This document shows positions 21,311 through 32,868 of a DNA stretch of 64,000 bases, in pieces. The translations under genes and the position numbers were made by a program. The stretch's first letter is position 1; each line of letters starts with the position of its first letter. Source of the stretch: Nitrosopumilaceae archaeon (GTDB lineage: Archaea; Thermoproteota; Nitrososphaeria; Nitrososphaerales; Nitrosopumilaceae); the NCBI GenBank assembly GCA_965209085.1, contig OZ242376.1, positions 768,001 to 832,000 of the forward strand. Direction: 5' to 3'. The notes beneath the pieces were generated by a model. It had not been told where the DNA came from. It worked only from the letters and a program-made list of their open reading frames with translations, and made no database searches.

Positions 21311-22795
21311 ATGGATTATGAGGACATACTACAAATATGTATGAATAAAAAAACAAATTATACACTATCTGCAACCGACATAAGCCGATATGTGGAATCT
21401 CCATTCTTTCTATATTGTCATAATTTTGTATCTGAATCAGAAAAGGACACGATATTAGATCTCTATCTCGAAAAGCTTATTGAAATAGGAAATATGCACG
21501 AATCACGAATAAATAATGAAATGTTTCCAAATTTAGCACCACTGGTTTTTAAAACTCCAAAAGAAGGATTTAGTGATGTACTTCAGCAGATGATATCTGG
21601 AGCTCCAGCTATCCTTAACGCGCCATTATATTTTCTACCTAAAGGATTGTATGGTACAACAGATCAGCTTGTAAAAGAGAACGGTTCGTCAAGTTTTGGC
21701 GAGTACCATTATATTGTAAAAGAAATAAAATCTGCAAAAACTATAAAGGAAGGGCACAAATTACAAGCCGCTTTGTATAATTATGTTATTGGTAAAATAC
21801 AAAATTATATTCCAGAGACATTTTATATCATAAACATGGAAAAACAAGTATTTCCATTTAAATTTACAGAATACGAAGATAAATTATCTGATATAATCGA
21901 AAAAGTGTTTCAACTCAAGGGTGGGGAACGGCCAACTCCTACATTTGATTCGTGTAGATATCCATGGAAAGATTACTGTAATAGGATGGCAATTGAAGAA
22001 AAAGATGTTTCAATACTTCCAAATGTGGGTCCTAAAATGAAATCTAAACTTGTTGAAGCTGGATATCCAAAACTTGATGATGTTGTTAGAATCGGAAAAC
22101 AAAAACTTTTGGAAATAAAAGGGATTGGTGGAAAAACTGGAAATGTCATGTTCAATTCTGCTAAAGCGATACTTTCCAATGAAATATTGTGTATTGGACC
22201 GCCTAAATCACTACCACATAGATCGACTGAGATATTCTTTGATTTGGAAGGCATTGATCCCATAACCATAATGCATCATAAATTAGACATGACAGACTAT
22301 CTTATAGGAACTCTTGTGCGTAAAGATGATGGAGAAGAATATTTTCCGTTTATTGCAAAGGATGTTAATTCGGAAGAAGAGATGATGCATAAATTTATAG
22401 AATTCATTAAAAAACAAGAAGATTACATCCTATACCACTGGCATCATTATGAAAAAACACATATGAAAAAAATGATGGACAAGTATAACATATCTGATGA
22501 TGAACAATGTATTATACTGCACCCTGATGTATTATGTGATTTACACCCTGTAGTAACATCTTCGTACGTATTTCCTATACCGGGCACCAGCATCAAATCA
22601 ATAGCAAAATTGTTGGGATATGAGTGGAAACATCAGGATGTTGGAGCAATGTCTTCAATAGGCCTATATTTTCAATACATAAACGATCCAGTTGGAAGCT
22701 CAAAATCTCTGGATATGATATTGGATTACAACAAGGACGATTGTGTTGCAACTAGAGTCATAAAAGATTGGTATGTGAAACAAAATAATAAATAA
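21311..22795 (+). CDS. TM0106-family RecB-like nuclease (PD-(D/E)xK + HhH + RNase H-like)
   Basis: GTTDQL..VKEIK..QAALY; CRYPWKDYC; HhH GIG motifs; FFDLEG..YNKDDC. Confidence 0.85.
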   Translation: MDYEDILQICMNKKTNYTLSATDISRYVESPFFLYCHNFVSESEKDTILDLYLEKLIEIGNMHESRINNEMFPNLAPLVFKTPKEGFSDVLQQMISGAPAILNAPLYFLPKGLYGTTDQLVKENGSSSFGEYHYIVKEIKSAKTIKEGHKLQAALYNYVIGKIQNYIPETFYIINMEKQVFPFKFTEYEDKLSDIIEKVFQLKGGERPTPTFDSCRYPWKDYCNRMAIEEKDVSILPNVGPKMKSKLVEAGYPKLDDVVRIGKQKLLEIKGIGGKTGNVMFNSAKAILSNEILCIGPPKSLPHRSTEIFFDLEGIDPITIMHHKLDMTDYLIGTLVRKDDGEEYFPFIAKDVNSEEEMMHKFIEFIKKQEDYILYHWHHYEKTHMKKMMDKYNISDDEQCIILHPDVLCDLHPVVTSSYVFPIPGTSIKSIAKLLGYEWKHQDVGAMSSIGLYFQYINDPVGSSKSLDMILDYNKDDCVATRVIKDWYVKQNNK

Positions 22796-22925
22796 ATCGC
22801 ATGTTGAACCAAACCTAATTAAATCCGAACACTGACTCAATGCGTAACTTGAGCAGTCAGATTATGCCTCGTTTGTCACAAATGCCACAATTTTCTTTGC
22901 ATCTTACGTTCGTGATTCCTTCGGC

Positions 22926-23912
22926 CTAATGATCTGCAGGATATATTTTAGACATTTGAATATTTGTCCGGACAGAATTATTAATCAAAATTAACATATA
23001 AAATGAAAGTGTAGCGATATTTTTATCACTGTTATAATATGGATTTGGATGGGCACTATCATCTCTGTATTTCTTAATTTTAATAAATGCCTCTTTAAAT
23101 TGATCATCAAAAATTATATCGAAATGACGATTTTCTGACAACATATTTAATTTATTAGCAATTGTTTTAGGTTTCACATTTTTTTTCATATGTTTTAAAT
23201 TTATATTTAATAATCCTTCGATAACTACAATACATTGTATTGCTGATGAGGAGAAATAACCATCACAGTATAATTCTCGCATTTCTTTAACATGATTTTT
23301 TAGATTTAAAAATGGAGACTCATCAAATGAATCTAGATTTGGTGTCATATCGAATATAAATTCATGTAATGCGTCATCTATATGTAAATTTTTAGCGTTA
23401 TATGATGCAGGTTTTTCTAATTGATATAATGTCTCGTCCATGATATATTTAAAAATACCAAATGATTCTAAAACCTTTTGTAATAAATAGGTTATACGAG
23501 AAATTAACTGAGTAACCGGTTCTTGTTTTAATTTTGGCAATAATATTACATATCTGTTCATAGATTTTTTAAAACGCAATATGGATTGTTTCAATTTATT
23601 AGATATGACAAAATTCTTATCTCTAACATATTTTTTGTCTAATTCATTAATTATTTCTTGTATAAATAATAAAAATTTATTAATTATATTGATTATTACT
23701 TCCAACATCGGTTCATTTGAATTATGTTTTAAATATGGACTGTCAGTAAAGAATGTTAATGTTTTTTGGAGTGGCACAAATATATTTTTTATGGCTGCAT
23801 TGGACATATTTTCAGTTTCTGTTGAAGCACCATCCAACATTTTTGTAAGTAAATCATCGGACATTTTGAAATATTTCATTTTTTGATCGTCTGAAGAATG
23901 ATGTGATATCAT
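22926..23912 (-). CDS. Helical protein with C-terminal HEPN (DUF4145-like) domain
   Basis: YCDGYFSSSAIQC..IEGLL ... YRDDSAHP (Rx4H). Confidence 0.6.
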   Translation of the reverse strand: MISHHSSDDQKMKYFKMSDDLLTKMLDGASTETENMSNAAIKNIFVPLQKTLTFFTDSPYLKHNSNEPMLEVIINIINKFLLFIQEIINELDKKYVRDKNFVISNKLKQSILRFKKSMNRYVILLPKLKQEPVTQLISRITYLLQKVLESFGIFKYIMDETLYQLEKPASYNAKNLHIDDALHEFIFDMTPNLDSFDESPFLNLKNHVKEMRELYCDGYFSSSAIQCIVVIEGLLNINLKHMKKNVKPKTIANKLNMLSENRHFDIIFDDQFKEAFIKIKKYRDDSAHPNPYYNSDKNIATLSFYMLILINNSVRTNIQMSKIYPADH

Positions 23913-23965
23913 ATATCATATAAGAAATGAGAATATAAAAATTGTATCGTAATAATAACTAGATA

Positions 23966-25060
23966 TATAGCGGCGATCAAAAGTTCATGAGTATTTTTGG
24001 AGATTTTCTAAATATATAATTTGCAATCTCCAGATTGAATTTTATCATCCTTAAATATTCCGACACCACATTCTGCATAATGGTAAACGTTGGATAATAT
24101 TCTGATATCACCAATGCATATTTGCTAATCTTCCAGCACAGTTTGATCATGTTCAAATATGGTGATCCCTTTGGCAACCAAATTAATTTGACATTGGAAT
24201 TGTCTGTTAGAAATTCTTTGACTTTTTTTGATGTGCACCGAAGCGCGATCCAACATTATTGAGATTTTTCCATACCTGTATTGCAACTCTTTCAAATATT
24301 TCACAAATGTTACAGAATTGAATTTTTTGTAAATTCTAAACATTTGATTCCCATTCTCCAACATGGTTCCGTATACTGCAAAATTTTCATGTTTTCCAAC
24401 ATGTGGTAAAAATATTCGTTTTGTAACAAGTGACCAATATTTACGTCCTGCTTTTACATCTCTAACAAAGAACGCCTCATCCAACATTGCAATGGTAAAT
24501 CCATTCTTTTTTAGGCGTGAAATTTTCTTTTTCATATATTGTTGCCAGTTGCGTACTGATGCAGTACTTGCATGATTTATGTGGCATTTCTGTGCAGTCT
24601 TGGCAAACATGCCATACTGATGCATGATCTTTCTAACATATGTAATATGAAATTTTTCTCCAGTAACATCAGCTATTCTTTGTTGTACTGATACAGGCGT
24701 TGCTATAGAAGATGTTATTTTGAGCATTATGGAATCCATTTGTTTCTTTGAGACAATTCTTGGTCATCCACTTCTTGGGCGATCGCGGAGGCCATCAAGA
24801 CCATCCGCATCAAAACGATCCACCCACATGCGTACTCAATTCGGGTAATGCCGCAGCATATTTGCAGTTTCTTGCACTTGTTTACCATCTTTGCGAACCA
24901 TGAGTACTGCAAGCATTCGTTTTGTTACTATATTGGAACGTTCTTTCTTGTACGCTTTTTCAAGCTGTTTTAATTTGTTCATGTGTATTGCAATAATTTG
25001 GCGATCCAAATACTTTTCGGTTCGATAAATTTATCTCATGAATTTTGGCGTGTGACTATA
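23966..25060 (-). mobile_element. Second IS630-family element, frameshifted
   Basis: TATAGCGGCGATCAAAAGTTCATGAG / CTCATGAATTTTGGCGTGTGACTATA; LDEAFF..LDRASVH..SPYLN fragments. Confidence 0.85.
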
Positions 25061-25100
25061 TGTGATATTCCCAAGAATAAAATAAAACCAATTACATGTT

Positions 25101-26579
25101 TTATGAAAAATGTTTAAAAAAAGTTTTATGTGAAATTATGTTCACGTTAAAACATCTATTGATAATTGGTGTAAATTTTGTTATGACAAATCCTTGTATT
25201 GTATATTCTGAAAATTTATGTTGTAATTTAAACGGAAAAGATTTAAAATTTTTGATAAAATATTTTTTACGTTCATTATGCCTATATGCAATATCCATTA
25301 ATCCACTTCTTTTCTCCAATATTAAATCTTTAATAAAATTTTTTGTTATAATTGATGCAGCTGACATGTCTTCAAATTTTGCTTCAATCAACATTATGGT
25401 TTTTTCTTTTTCGTTAATTGCGATACAATCATATTCATATTTTATTTTTAATTTATTATTTTTGTCAGGGTATGTCATAAATCCTTTTTCTATCAACCGT
25501 TTTCTAATATCTATTTCAAATAAAGCTCCAGATTTTTGTCTTTCGTTAGATAACGCATTTTTTCCTGTTAATTTTTGTTGTTTAATACATTTTTCATTTC
25601 TTGTGTAAATATACAGAATATACATGTATAAAGTTTCAAAACTCGTTAAATATTTTTCCCCATCAAAAATTAATACGGGGACGTATTTATTAGAACAATA
25701 ATTTTTTTCAAATTTTAAAAAATTACCATTTAAATTATACTCCAACATAAATGCATCATATGTTTGTTTAAGTTCAGAACGTGTCAACGATATGTATTCT
25801 TTTTTATTTAAGTTACATAATAGCCCATATAACATTATCAAATCTTGTGTGTCTCCAGGATGATCATGCATGTTTGCAACGGTTTTAATATATCGAAATG
25901 CATAGATCAATGATATTACTATAAGATAATTTTTACAAAAGATTCCATGTATATCATATAACCCTGCGGGATTATTAGTTGATCTTTGATTTATTATCTC
26001 AGAATAATTATTTTTATCTATATCTTCAATTGTGTTTTTTCCATCCTCGATTATACCTAAATTTACTTTAAATTCATCATTTATGGTTTTTGAGTATTTC
26101 GACGTATATTTATTTGCGGAATAATTTTCAATAATTCCAATAGATTGTTTTGTCGGTATATCCTCTTCCATGTACATTATTTGGTCAAATTTTTCAAAAG
26201 ACTGATGAAGAATTTTTTCAAATTGAACATCATTCACAGACGTTCCCCATTTTTTATAATCACCCATTTTTATTATAATATAATTAATATGTATTAATTT
26301 TTTAAAATTAAATTTACCATCATTGAAATAATTTGATATAATATTATGACGTATTTTAAATAGATGTTTGAAAAAATATTTTTTTGGAAAATCTAAAAAT
26401 TTTTTTAAATATTTTTCATGCTCGATTTTCATATTTTCTAACGATTGTGTTGAATAATTATATGATACAATAGTTGATCTTCGTACACAATTTGGACAAT
26501 TTGTATTTACACATATCTCATTTTTATTTATATCAACATAAATTGGATCATAACATAACATACATAAATAATCTGACAC
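25101..26579 (-). CDS. Large protein with N-terminal Cys cluster and C-terminal PD-(D/E)xK nuclease fold
   Basis: CxxC..CxxxxCxxC; GALFE...EYDCIAI...LIEAK. Confidence 0.6.
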   Translation of the reverse strand: MSDYLCMLCYDPIYVDINKNEICVNTNCPNCVRRSTIVSYNYSTQSLENMKIEHEKYLKKFLDFPKKYFFKHLFKIRHNIISNYFNDGKFNFKKLIHINYIIIKMGDYKKWGTSVNDVQFEKILHQSFEKFDQIMYMEEDIPTKQSIGIIENYSANKYTSKYSKTINDEFKVNLGIIEDGKNTIEDIDKNNYSEIINQRSTNNPAGLYDIHGIFCKNYLIVISLIYAFRYIKTVANMHDHPGDTQDLIMLYGLLCNLNKKEYISLTRSELKQTYDAFMLEYNLNGNFLKFEKNYCSNKYVPVLIFDGEKYLTSFETLYMYILYIYTRNEKCIKQQKLTGKNALSNERQKSGALFEIDIRKRLIEKGFMTYPDKNNKLKIKYEYDCIAINEKEKTIMLIEAKFEDMSAASIITKNFIKDLILEKRSGLMDIAYRHNERKKYFIKNFKSFPFKLQHKFSEYTIQGFVITKFTPIINRCFNVNIISHKTFFKHFS

Positions 26580-26738
26580 AATACCAATTAGACCATGATT
26601 TATGTAATTTGGATCTCTGCGGAATAATTTGGGATTTTGTTTAAATGATGTAATAAATGAAAAATCTGATATGTCTTGTCACCACACTCACAATATGAAT
26701 CTAATACCACATTATTTATTTTTTATGTTATTTTTGTG

Positions 26739-26832
26739 TATAACCACACGCAAAAGTTCGTGAGCTAAAAATAGTCTCAATTCGATAGTACATAGACGGT
26801 CAAACGCTTATGAACTTTGGCGTGTCGCTATA
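26739..26832. mobile_element. ~95-bp MITE derived from the 23966-25060 IS630 ends
   Basis: TATAACCACACGCAAAAGTTCGTGAG...CTTATGAACTTTGGCGTGTCGCTATA. Confidence 0.75.
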
Positions 26833-26906
26833 TGCCTATAATAGACCTTATCCATGTGAATATTTTTTAAAGGTTTCTTGATTTTTTGTGTCATGCGGTA
26901 TGGCTT

Positions 26907-28231
26907 TGGAGTGGACCCAATAAAATGAGAACACCCAAAGTGAAACAAATTTTACCCAGTCTTGGAGGTATCCATCAATGAAAAGACCCCATCATGTTCC
27001 AGACGAAAAGGTGCGTATCGTCATGGAGTCAATAAACACGCACATCACTCCTGCAGAACTGTGCCGCAAACATAACATAAATCCTGCATCCTTTACCTGG
27101 TGGAGGGACATATTCTTTGAATGTGGCAAGGCAGGCATAAAAAAACCGTATAATCGTAATGAGAGTAAAAAGCACGATCACGAGATGGACAAGTTGAAGA
27201 GAATCATTGGAGATATAACCATAGCCAATGATGTTTTAAAAAAACGTTAGAGGAGAGCACAAAATGAAAGCATTGACCCTCATGCAAAAACAAGGTTTCA
27301 GTGTCCGCAAATCCATACGTTATACCGGAATATCCAACAATATGCTGTACGCTCCGAAAAAACCACGCATTATTCAAATCGACAAGGAAATCTCAAAGAT
27401 GGTGTAACAGGTTGGTCCGAGCAGACCCACATATGGAACATGAAGAATGGCTACCACCATGTCCCGTATTACTGGCAAGCCTGTAAACTGCAAAAAAGTG
27501 AAGAAAATATACCATTATCTGGGCTGGAGTGTACCTGCAAAACCCAAAAAAGAGATCATTCGCTCAAGGAAGCGCCCAAAACCTGCAGGACCTGATCAGC
27601 TCTGGCAAGCTGACATGACGTACATTTGGTGCGGTTAGGACAGATGGTGTTATCTGTTTAACGTCCTTGATGCATTCACACGCGAATGGGTATGAGGTCA
27701 GCACCTCGTGCTATTTTGTGCCTACATCTTCATTTATTGCATAAATTCTAGGCATGACGTGACATACGCGAATGGGTGTGATATGCGTTTAAGCTCAGAG
27801 CAGTTACGGACGGTACCATTGCAGCATTAACTGAAGCATTGGCATCAAAGAAACCAGACTGCTCAAAGCTTGTTTTAAGAACCGACAACGGTTCCAAGTA
27901 TGTTCATTACAGTTTGACAAGCCGTAAAAGCATACGGTGTACGGCAGGAATTCATCCACTACCATACGCCAAAGCAAAATGCTCATGTGGAATCCTATCA
28001 TAAGAGCCTCAAGAAAGAATATCTCTGCCGCGCGACTTGAGACGTTCCAGGACGCAGAGGCTGCAATATCATACGCCTTTGAGGATTACAATCAGAACCG
28101 AGTACACTCTGCAATAGGATATGCGACGCCATCAGAATTTGGCACCGCACGGAGGGCAATGATAAAATGAGCCCTCTGATCCTATCATTTTTAATGCAAA
28201 AAACGTTCTCCTTCTACAGGGGTCCGCACCA
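26907..28231 (+). mobile_element. Degraded IS3-family copy with inserted palindrome
   Basis: Both TIRs; several nonsense codons; orfA core differs from the 20.5 kb copy. Confidence 0.88.
27689..27765 (+). repeat. ~80-bp palindrome copy 3, inside IS3 orfB
   Basis: Flanked by direct repeat ACGCGAATGGGT (27680-27691, 27766-27777). Confidence 0.85.
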
Positions 28232-28276
28232 AATCTACATCATAAAAAAACCAATGACCAACAGATCAGATCTTTG

Positions 28277-30157
28277 TTATGTATGATTGTTTTTAATAAT
28301 ATATTTTAAATGGTTCCACATATAATAAAAATCTGTTATTTTACTATCCTTTGAAAACTCTCTTATAAAATGATATGCTAATGCTGGCTTATGATTATGT
28401 TGTTTTTTTATCTTGTAAAATAATGATCCATTTAAATTTTCCATATATGCTTCCAAATCCTTTTTTAATTCATACATGATATTTTTATCATGAAAATCTG
28501 TTTCATCGATTTTTAAATCTGATGGCAATTTTGTTATTTTTGCACGATCAAATTTCCCAGGAGCACCGTTATCCATTAATAATAAACATGGGATTTTAAA
28601 TGCATCCATAAATTTTTTAAATTTTGGCATAGATGTACTTCCATATGTACTAATAATCATAACATCATCTGTAAAATAATTTGAATCATTAATGCTATTT
28701 AATAATGCATTGAAAAATATTTCGTCTGATGCACCTTCTACAAGAATAACGCCTTTTGAAAATAGTACATCTAATTTTAATAAATGAAAAGTTGGTAATT
28801 CTCTAGTTATCCATATTTTGTCATCATCAGATGGTTGAGTTATCATACTTGTATTATTTTTGAATATTCTGATAATATTTGACATGGATAATAATTTAGT
28901 ATTTGATACAATCACAGAGGAATGAGTAATAATGACAAGTTGATTTTGTTCATATTGTTCAGAAAATATTTCAATCATTAATTTTTTAATCAATGTAGGA
29001 TGTAAATTTATTGCAGGTTCATCCATAAAAATTATTGATTGTTTGGTATCAAAATATTTTGTAATTAAAAACAATATTTCTCTAATTCCAGCACCCGATT
29101 CCATGAATTTTATGGGATCATCTGGCGAACTATGTTCATTTCGAAATGTAACAGATACTTTATCACGTTGTGTTGATGATTGTCCAGTATCATTGTTACT
29201 AGGATTCTGCATTGATACATCAAATGACATATTTTCACTCTTCATAATTTTTGAAAACGTACATTGAATTTTCTTAAATAATTCACGATTATATAGATCT
29301 TGACTATTTTGTAACCGATATAGATAACTATGTAAATTGTCACCATTATTTAGCAATGGTGACGTGTTTGGAATATTTTCAGGAACAAAATGTCTTTCTT
29401 CCGACATGAATGACATTTTTTGACCAAATAAATAACCTAACATATGTAAAAATGATAATTCTCTGCCGGGGCTTATTGATTGATTAGATAAAGATAATAT
29501 GAATTTTATTCTTTCTGAAATATAAGGATCGCGATTATCTTGAAATAATCCTTCATGTCTAAAACCATATACTATGCACTTTGAATTAAATTTATTCAGA
29601 AAAGCAGATTTTGTAAATTGTTCTATTCCAACAGATTCAATTATTGAAACAAATGTTGGATTATCATTATTTAATGTTTCAATATCAAATTTATGGATGA
29701 ATGGGCCATGATTTTTATCATATGTGATTTCTATGTCCAAATCCAGAATTTTCATTGAAAAATTATCTATATCGGCATCATCACCATAGGGATTATCATC
29801 CCATTGCATAGTTATTTCTATATTTTTAAATTTATCAATAAGTAATTCAATTATGTGTGATGAAGCCAATGTGTATTTATCTCCAGTTTTATAGATAGTT
29901 AACAATTCAACTATATATTTACTTTCTAAATCAGTTAATGATATTTCTAAGGTCAATTTGTGATTAGATTGCGATTTCCATTGTTTTGGTAACCTATAGT
30001 GTTGTGTTAATGACTTTATAAAAAAATTAATTGCTTTAAATATTGAAGATTTTCCAGAATTATTGTGTCCAACTATAAAATTTTTACCATTCAAATAAAT
30101 CGTTTGTTTAGATTTATACGAATACATCCCTTCAATATCAATACGATTAATTTTCAA
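28277..30157 (-). CDS. OLD-family ATP-dependent nuclease (ABC ATPase + TOPRIM)
   Basis: VGHNNSGKSS, SGAG, FMDEPAINLHP, ITHS, VILVEGASD, LLMDNG. Confidence 0.88.
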   Translation of the reverse strand: MKINRIDIEGMYSYKSKQTIYLNGKNFIVGHNNSGKSSIFKAINFFIKSLTQHYRLPKQWKSQSNHKLTLEISLTDLESKYIVELLTIYKTGDKYTLASSHIIELLIDKFKNIEITMQWDDNPYGDDADIDNFSMKILDLDIEITYDKNHGPFIHKFDIETLNNDNPTFVSIIESVGIEQFTKSAFLNKFNSKCIVYGFRHEGLFQDNRDPYISERIKFILSLSNQSISPGRELSFLHMLGYLFGQKMSFMSEERHFVPENIPNTSPLLNNGDNLHSYLYRLQNSQDLYNRELFKKIQCTFSKIMKSENMSFDVSMQNPSNNDTGQSSTQRDKVSVTFRNEHSSPDDPIKFMESGAGIREILFLITKYFDTKQSIIFMDEPAINLHPTLIKKLMIEIFSEQYEQNQLVIITHSSVIVSNTKLLSMSNIIRIFKNNTSMITQPSDDDKIWITRELPTFHLLKLDVLFSKGVILVEGASDEIFFNALLNSINDSNYFTDDVMIISTYGSTSMPKFKKFMDAFKIPCLLLMDNGAPGKFDRAKITKLPSDLKIDETDFHDKNIMYELKKDLEAYMENLNGSLFYKIKKQHNHKPALAYHFIREFSKDSKITDFYYMWNHLKYIIKNNHT

Positions 30158-30251
30158 TGCGTTTTTTGATCAATCGCTTTATATAAATTAGTAGCGGATA
30201 TTTGTATGAGGTCATATATTAAATGATGTCGAGTACGCATATTGGCATATT

Positions 30252-30476
30252 TTATTGGAATTCATCAGGTGCTTTTATGAAGTCATATTCCGAGTGAATT
30301 TTTTTAAATATTATCCACATCTTTCCTTCAAAAAAAACTACTTGTTTTCCTCCACTTGGCAATCTTTGCACACAATTGTCAACATCAGTACGGGTATTCA
30401 TTGGTAGTATTTCGTGAAATGGTTTCTCGTATTTATACGGGATTATGTCAAAATCCTCCGAATCAGGCATATCCAT
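30252..30476 (-). CDS. Small hypothetical protein (MDMPDSEDF...); ORF-track 5' extension is repeat-derived
   Basis: ATG 30476 lies 42 bp from element end with TATA-like box between. Confidence 0.4.
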   Translation of the reverse strand: MDMPDSEDFDIIPYKYEKPFHEILPMNTRTDVDNCVQRLPSGGKQVVFFEGKMWIIFKKIHSEYDFIKAPDEFQ

Positions 30477-30518
30477 GATACAGTTTATTGGGCATAATTC
30501 ATAAAATTTATGTTTGAT

Positions 30519-30730
30519 GGCTCTGAAATCCGTGGAGGTTGTGACTAGGTATGAAGTTTCGGGGGTTTTTCTATATGTACTATAAAGTGTGTAAAATTTG
30601 GGGTTGGTGCAACATGCCGAAGTATTATTTGGGATATATACGATCAAAATTTTTCTAAAATGACGATATAATTTTAGATGTGTCAAATTCTTATAACACA
30701 GATCAAATATGATGTTTCAGGGTTTTTTGG
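30519..30730 (+). mobile_element. Degenerate GG(C/T)TCTG element end
   Basis: GGCTCTG..GAAGTTTCGGGGG..GTGTGTAAAATTTGGGG..GATCAAAATTTTTCTA..ATTTTAGATG matches 14076-14250. Confidence 0.75.
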
Positions 30731-30951
30731 AGGATCCACGATCATAATGGTGTGGGTAAGCAGGTTAGTCTTGGTAACCACTGCTATGTAATAGAAGATT
30801 ACCCTCACCCATAGTGGGATATTTTTGTTCTGATAGGAATGATCATTTTTGTACAAAATTCCTTTTTCCACATCCAATACATTAAAATCAATTCTCCGAT
30901 CTAACCAACTGCCATTTTTGGATTTTTTCTAGTGATTTACTCCAGCATTTA

Positions 30952-32169
30952 TAGTATAAGAAGTTATTAATTACGTTTAACCACTCTGTAACAAAAATTT
31001 AATCGCTACGTTTAGATCGCACCAGATTTAAGAGCAAATATGACGCGACAGAACAGAATTCCGACAGGCATCGAGTTCATGCCAAACATGAGCATCACAT
31101 ATCTTAGAAATTGTTATGCAAAAGAAAAGATTCCAGTTGCAAAACAGCGTCTTCTGTCATGGATTAAAAGAAAACAGGACAAAACAATGGAGAAGATTGG
31201 CGAGGAGCTTGGCGTAAAAGAGACAACAGTATGCAAATGGCTCATACGGGTAATGGAGGATGGACTAGCCTCAAGATACAACATAAAACGTCTTGGCAGG
31301 GAATGCCATCTTTCAGAAAAACAGCTTGAAAAACTAACAAAGGATCTGATTGCCGGACCTGAAAAATGCGGATATAGTCAGTCCGCATGGTCTACTGTAA
31401 TGGTAACGGATCACATTTGGAAAAAATTCAAGGTACAATATGTCCCACGTTCTGTACAAAATTTACTCAAACGTCTTGGATTTACAATTCAAAAACCCCG
31501 TCAGTACCATCCCAAAGCTGCATCAAAGAGTGAACAGGAACGCTTTAAAAAAAAACTAGGCACATATTGGCACAAAGAGAGGCACACGGAGCAGTAACTG
31601 TATCCATGGATGAGATTCATCTTTACCCAACAACCAATATCCGTAACGCATGGTACCTCATAGGCAGCAAACCCCAAGTTCCATTAGATCCGACCAGACA
31701 CAGAATAACCATGTTTGGAGCTTTAAGCAAGGATTCTTTCATATTCGAGTTTTACGATAAAGCAAACAAAGACAGTCATTTGGATTTTATAAAAATCCTG
31801 GAAAAAGAGTTTGGCCGTGTGACAATAGTGCATGATAATGCATCTTATCATCGCCACCGTGACGTATTTGAATACATCAAATCTAGAAAAGGACGAATCA
31901 GTTTAATTTATCTTCCACCGTATACGCCAGAGCTGAACCCAATAGAAATCCAGTGGCGTGTTTTACGAAAATGCATATCAAATGGGCATTTTGAATCGAT
32001 CAGACACCTGAAAAAGAAAATTGACCGGGTCATATTGTCTAATCAGATGAAACTTGTCAAACTGCACGATTATCTAATTTTTTAGAAACAATAATGTGGG
32101 GTAATTGTTACTATGGAGATTGTATTCGGTGTGTTTGTGATAAAATGTAAATTATAAATTCTTATACTA
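30952..32169 (+). mobile_element. IS630-family element, inverted copy of 14913-16130
   Basis: Identical proteins (31040-31597, 31567-32085); TA flanks. Confidence 0.92.
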
Positions 32170-32171
32170 TA

Positions 32172-32381
32172 TCTCTGGCCGCGCAACTTTGAGACGTTCC
32201 AGGACGCAGAGAATGCAATATCATACGCCTTTGAGGACTATAATCCAAACTGGGTACACTGCAATAGGATGTGCGATGCCATCAGAATTTGGTCTCGCGC
32301 GGAGGGCAAGACAAAAATGAGTCCTCCGATCATATCATTTTTAATACAAAAAACGTTCTCATTGTACCGGGGTCCGCACCA
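32172..32381 (+). mobile_element. IS3-family right-end fragment
   Basis: Ends GGGGTCCGCACCA. Confidence 0.8.
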
Positions 32382-32415
32382 ATCTTTTAATAGTATCCGC
32401 ATTAATAATTAATTC

Positions 32416-32868
32416 ATGGTAATCGAAATTACCAAGTTAGAATTACCTGCGTTAAAACGATTATCAAAGATAATAAGTGTTAGAACAGGCACCGAAATTA
32501 CAGATTTATTTAGAAATGCAGGATATGGGCATATTAAACATGATGAAAGAACAAAATGGAAATTTCTTTATCAAACGTTTGATGAATTCCAGGATCAGAG
32601 TAAAGGTCAGTATATTATTATTAAATTTTTAGAAACTGCGTGTAATCCTCAAGAATTTTTTGAATATCCCGATAGTAGAAAATCTTTTGTAGATGAGATT
32701 AATACTGTATTGGCATTTTATAATTTAAAAATTAACGATCAAGGAAAAGCACAACATGTATCTGAAAAACATACAACAATATCAGATATTGAAACCATAG
32801 ATGAAAAATTATTTGAACAAAGAAACTATCATGAACAAATTATTAAGCATGTATACCCCAGATCATAA
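32416..32868 (+). pseudogene. TIGR02391-like protein N-terminal part, truncated by IS630
   Basis: TGTEI..TKWKFLY..CNPQEF..INTVLAF..RNYHEQIIK pattern; ORF runs into TIR at 32852. Confidence 0.6.

Noticed and set aside
21311-22795. Cas4 or casposon call
   Set aside because: Architecture fits TM0106; no Cas1 or family B polymerase in the window.
22800-22925. Hairpin CTGACTCAA...TTGAGCAGTCAG between convergent genes
   Set aside because: Single copy; could be a terminator or transposase debris, cannot be supported further.
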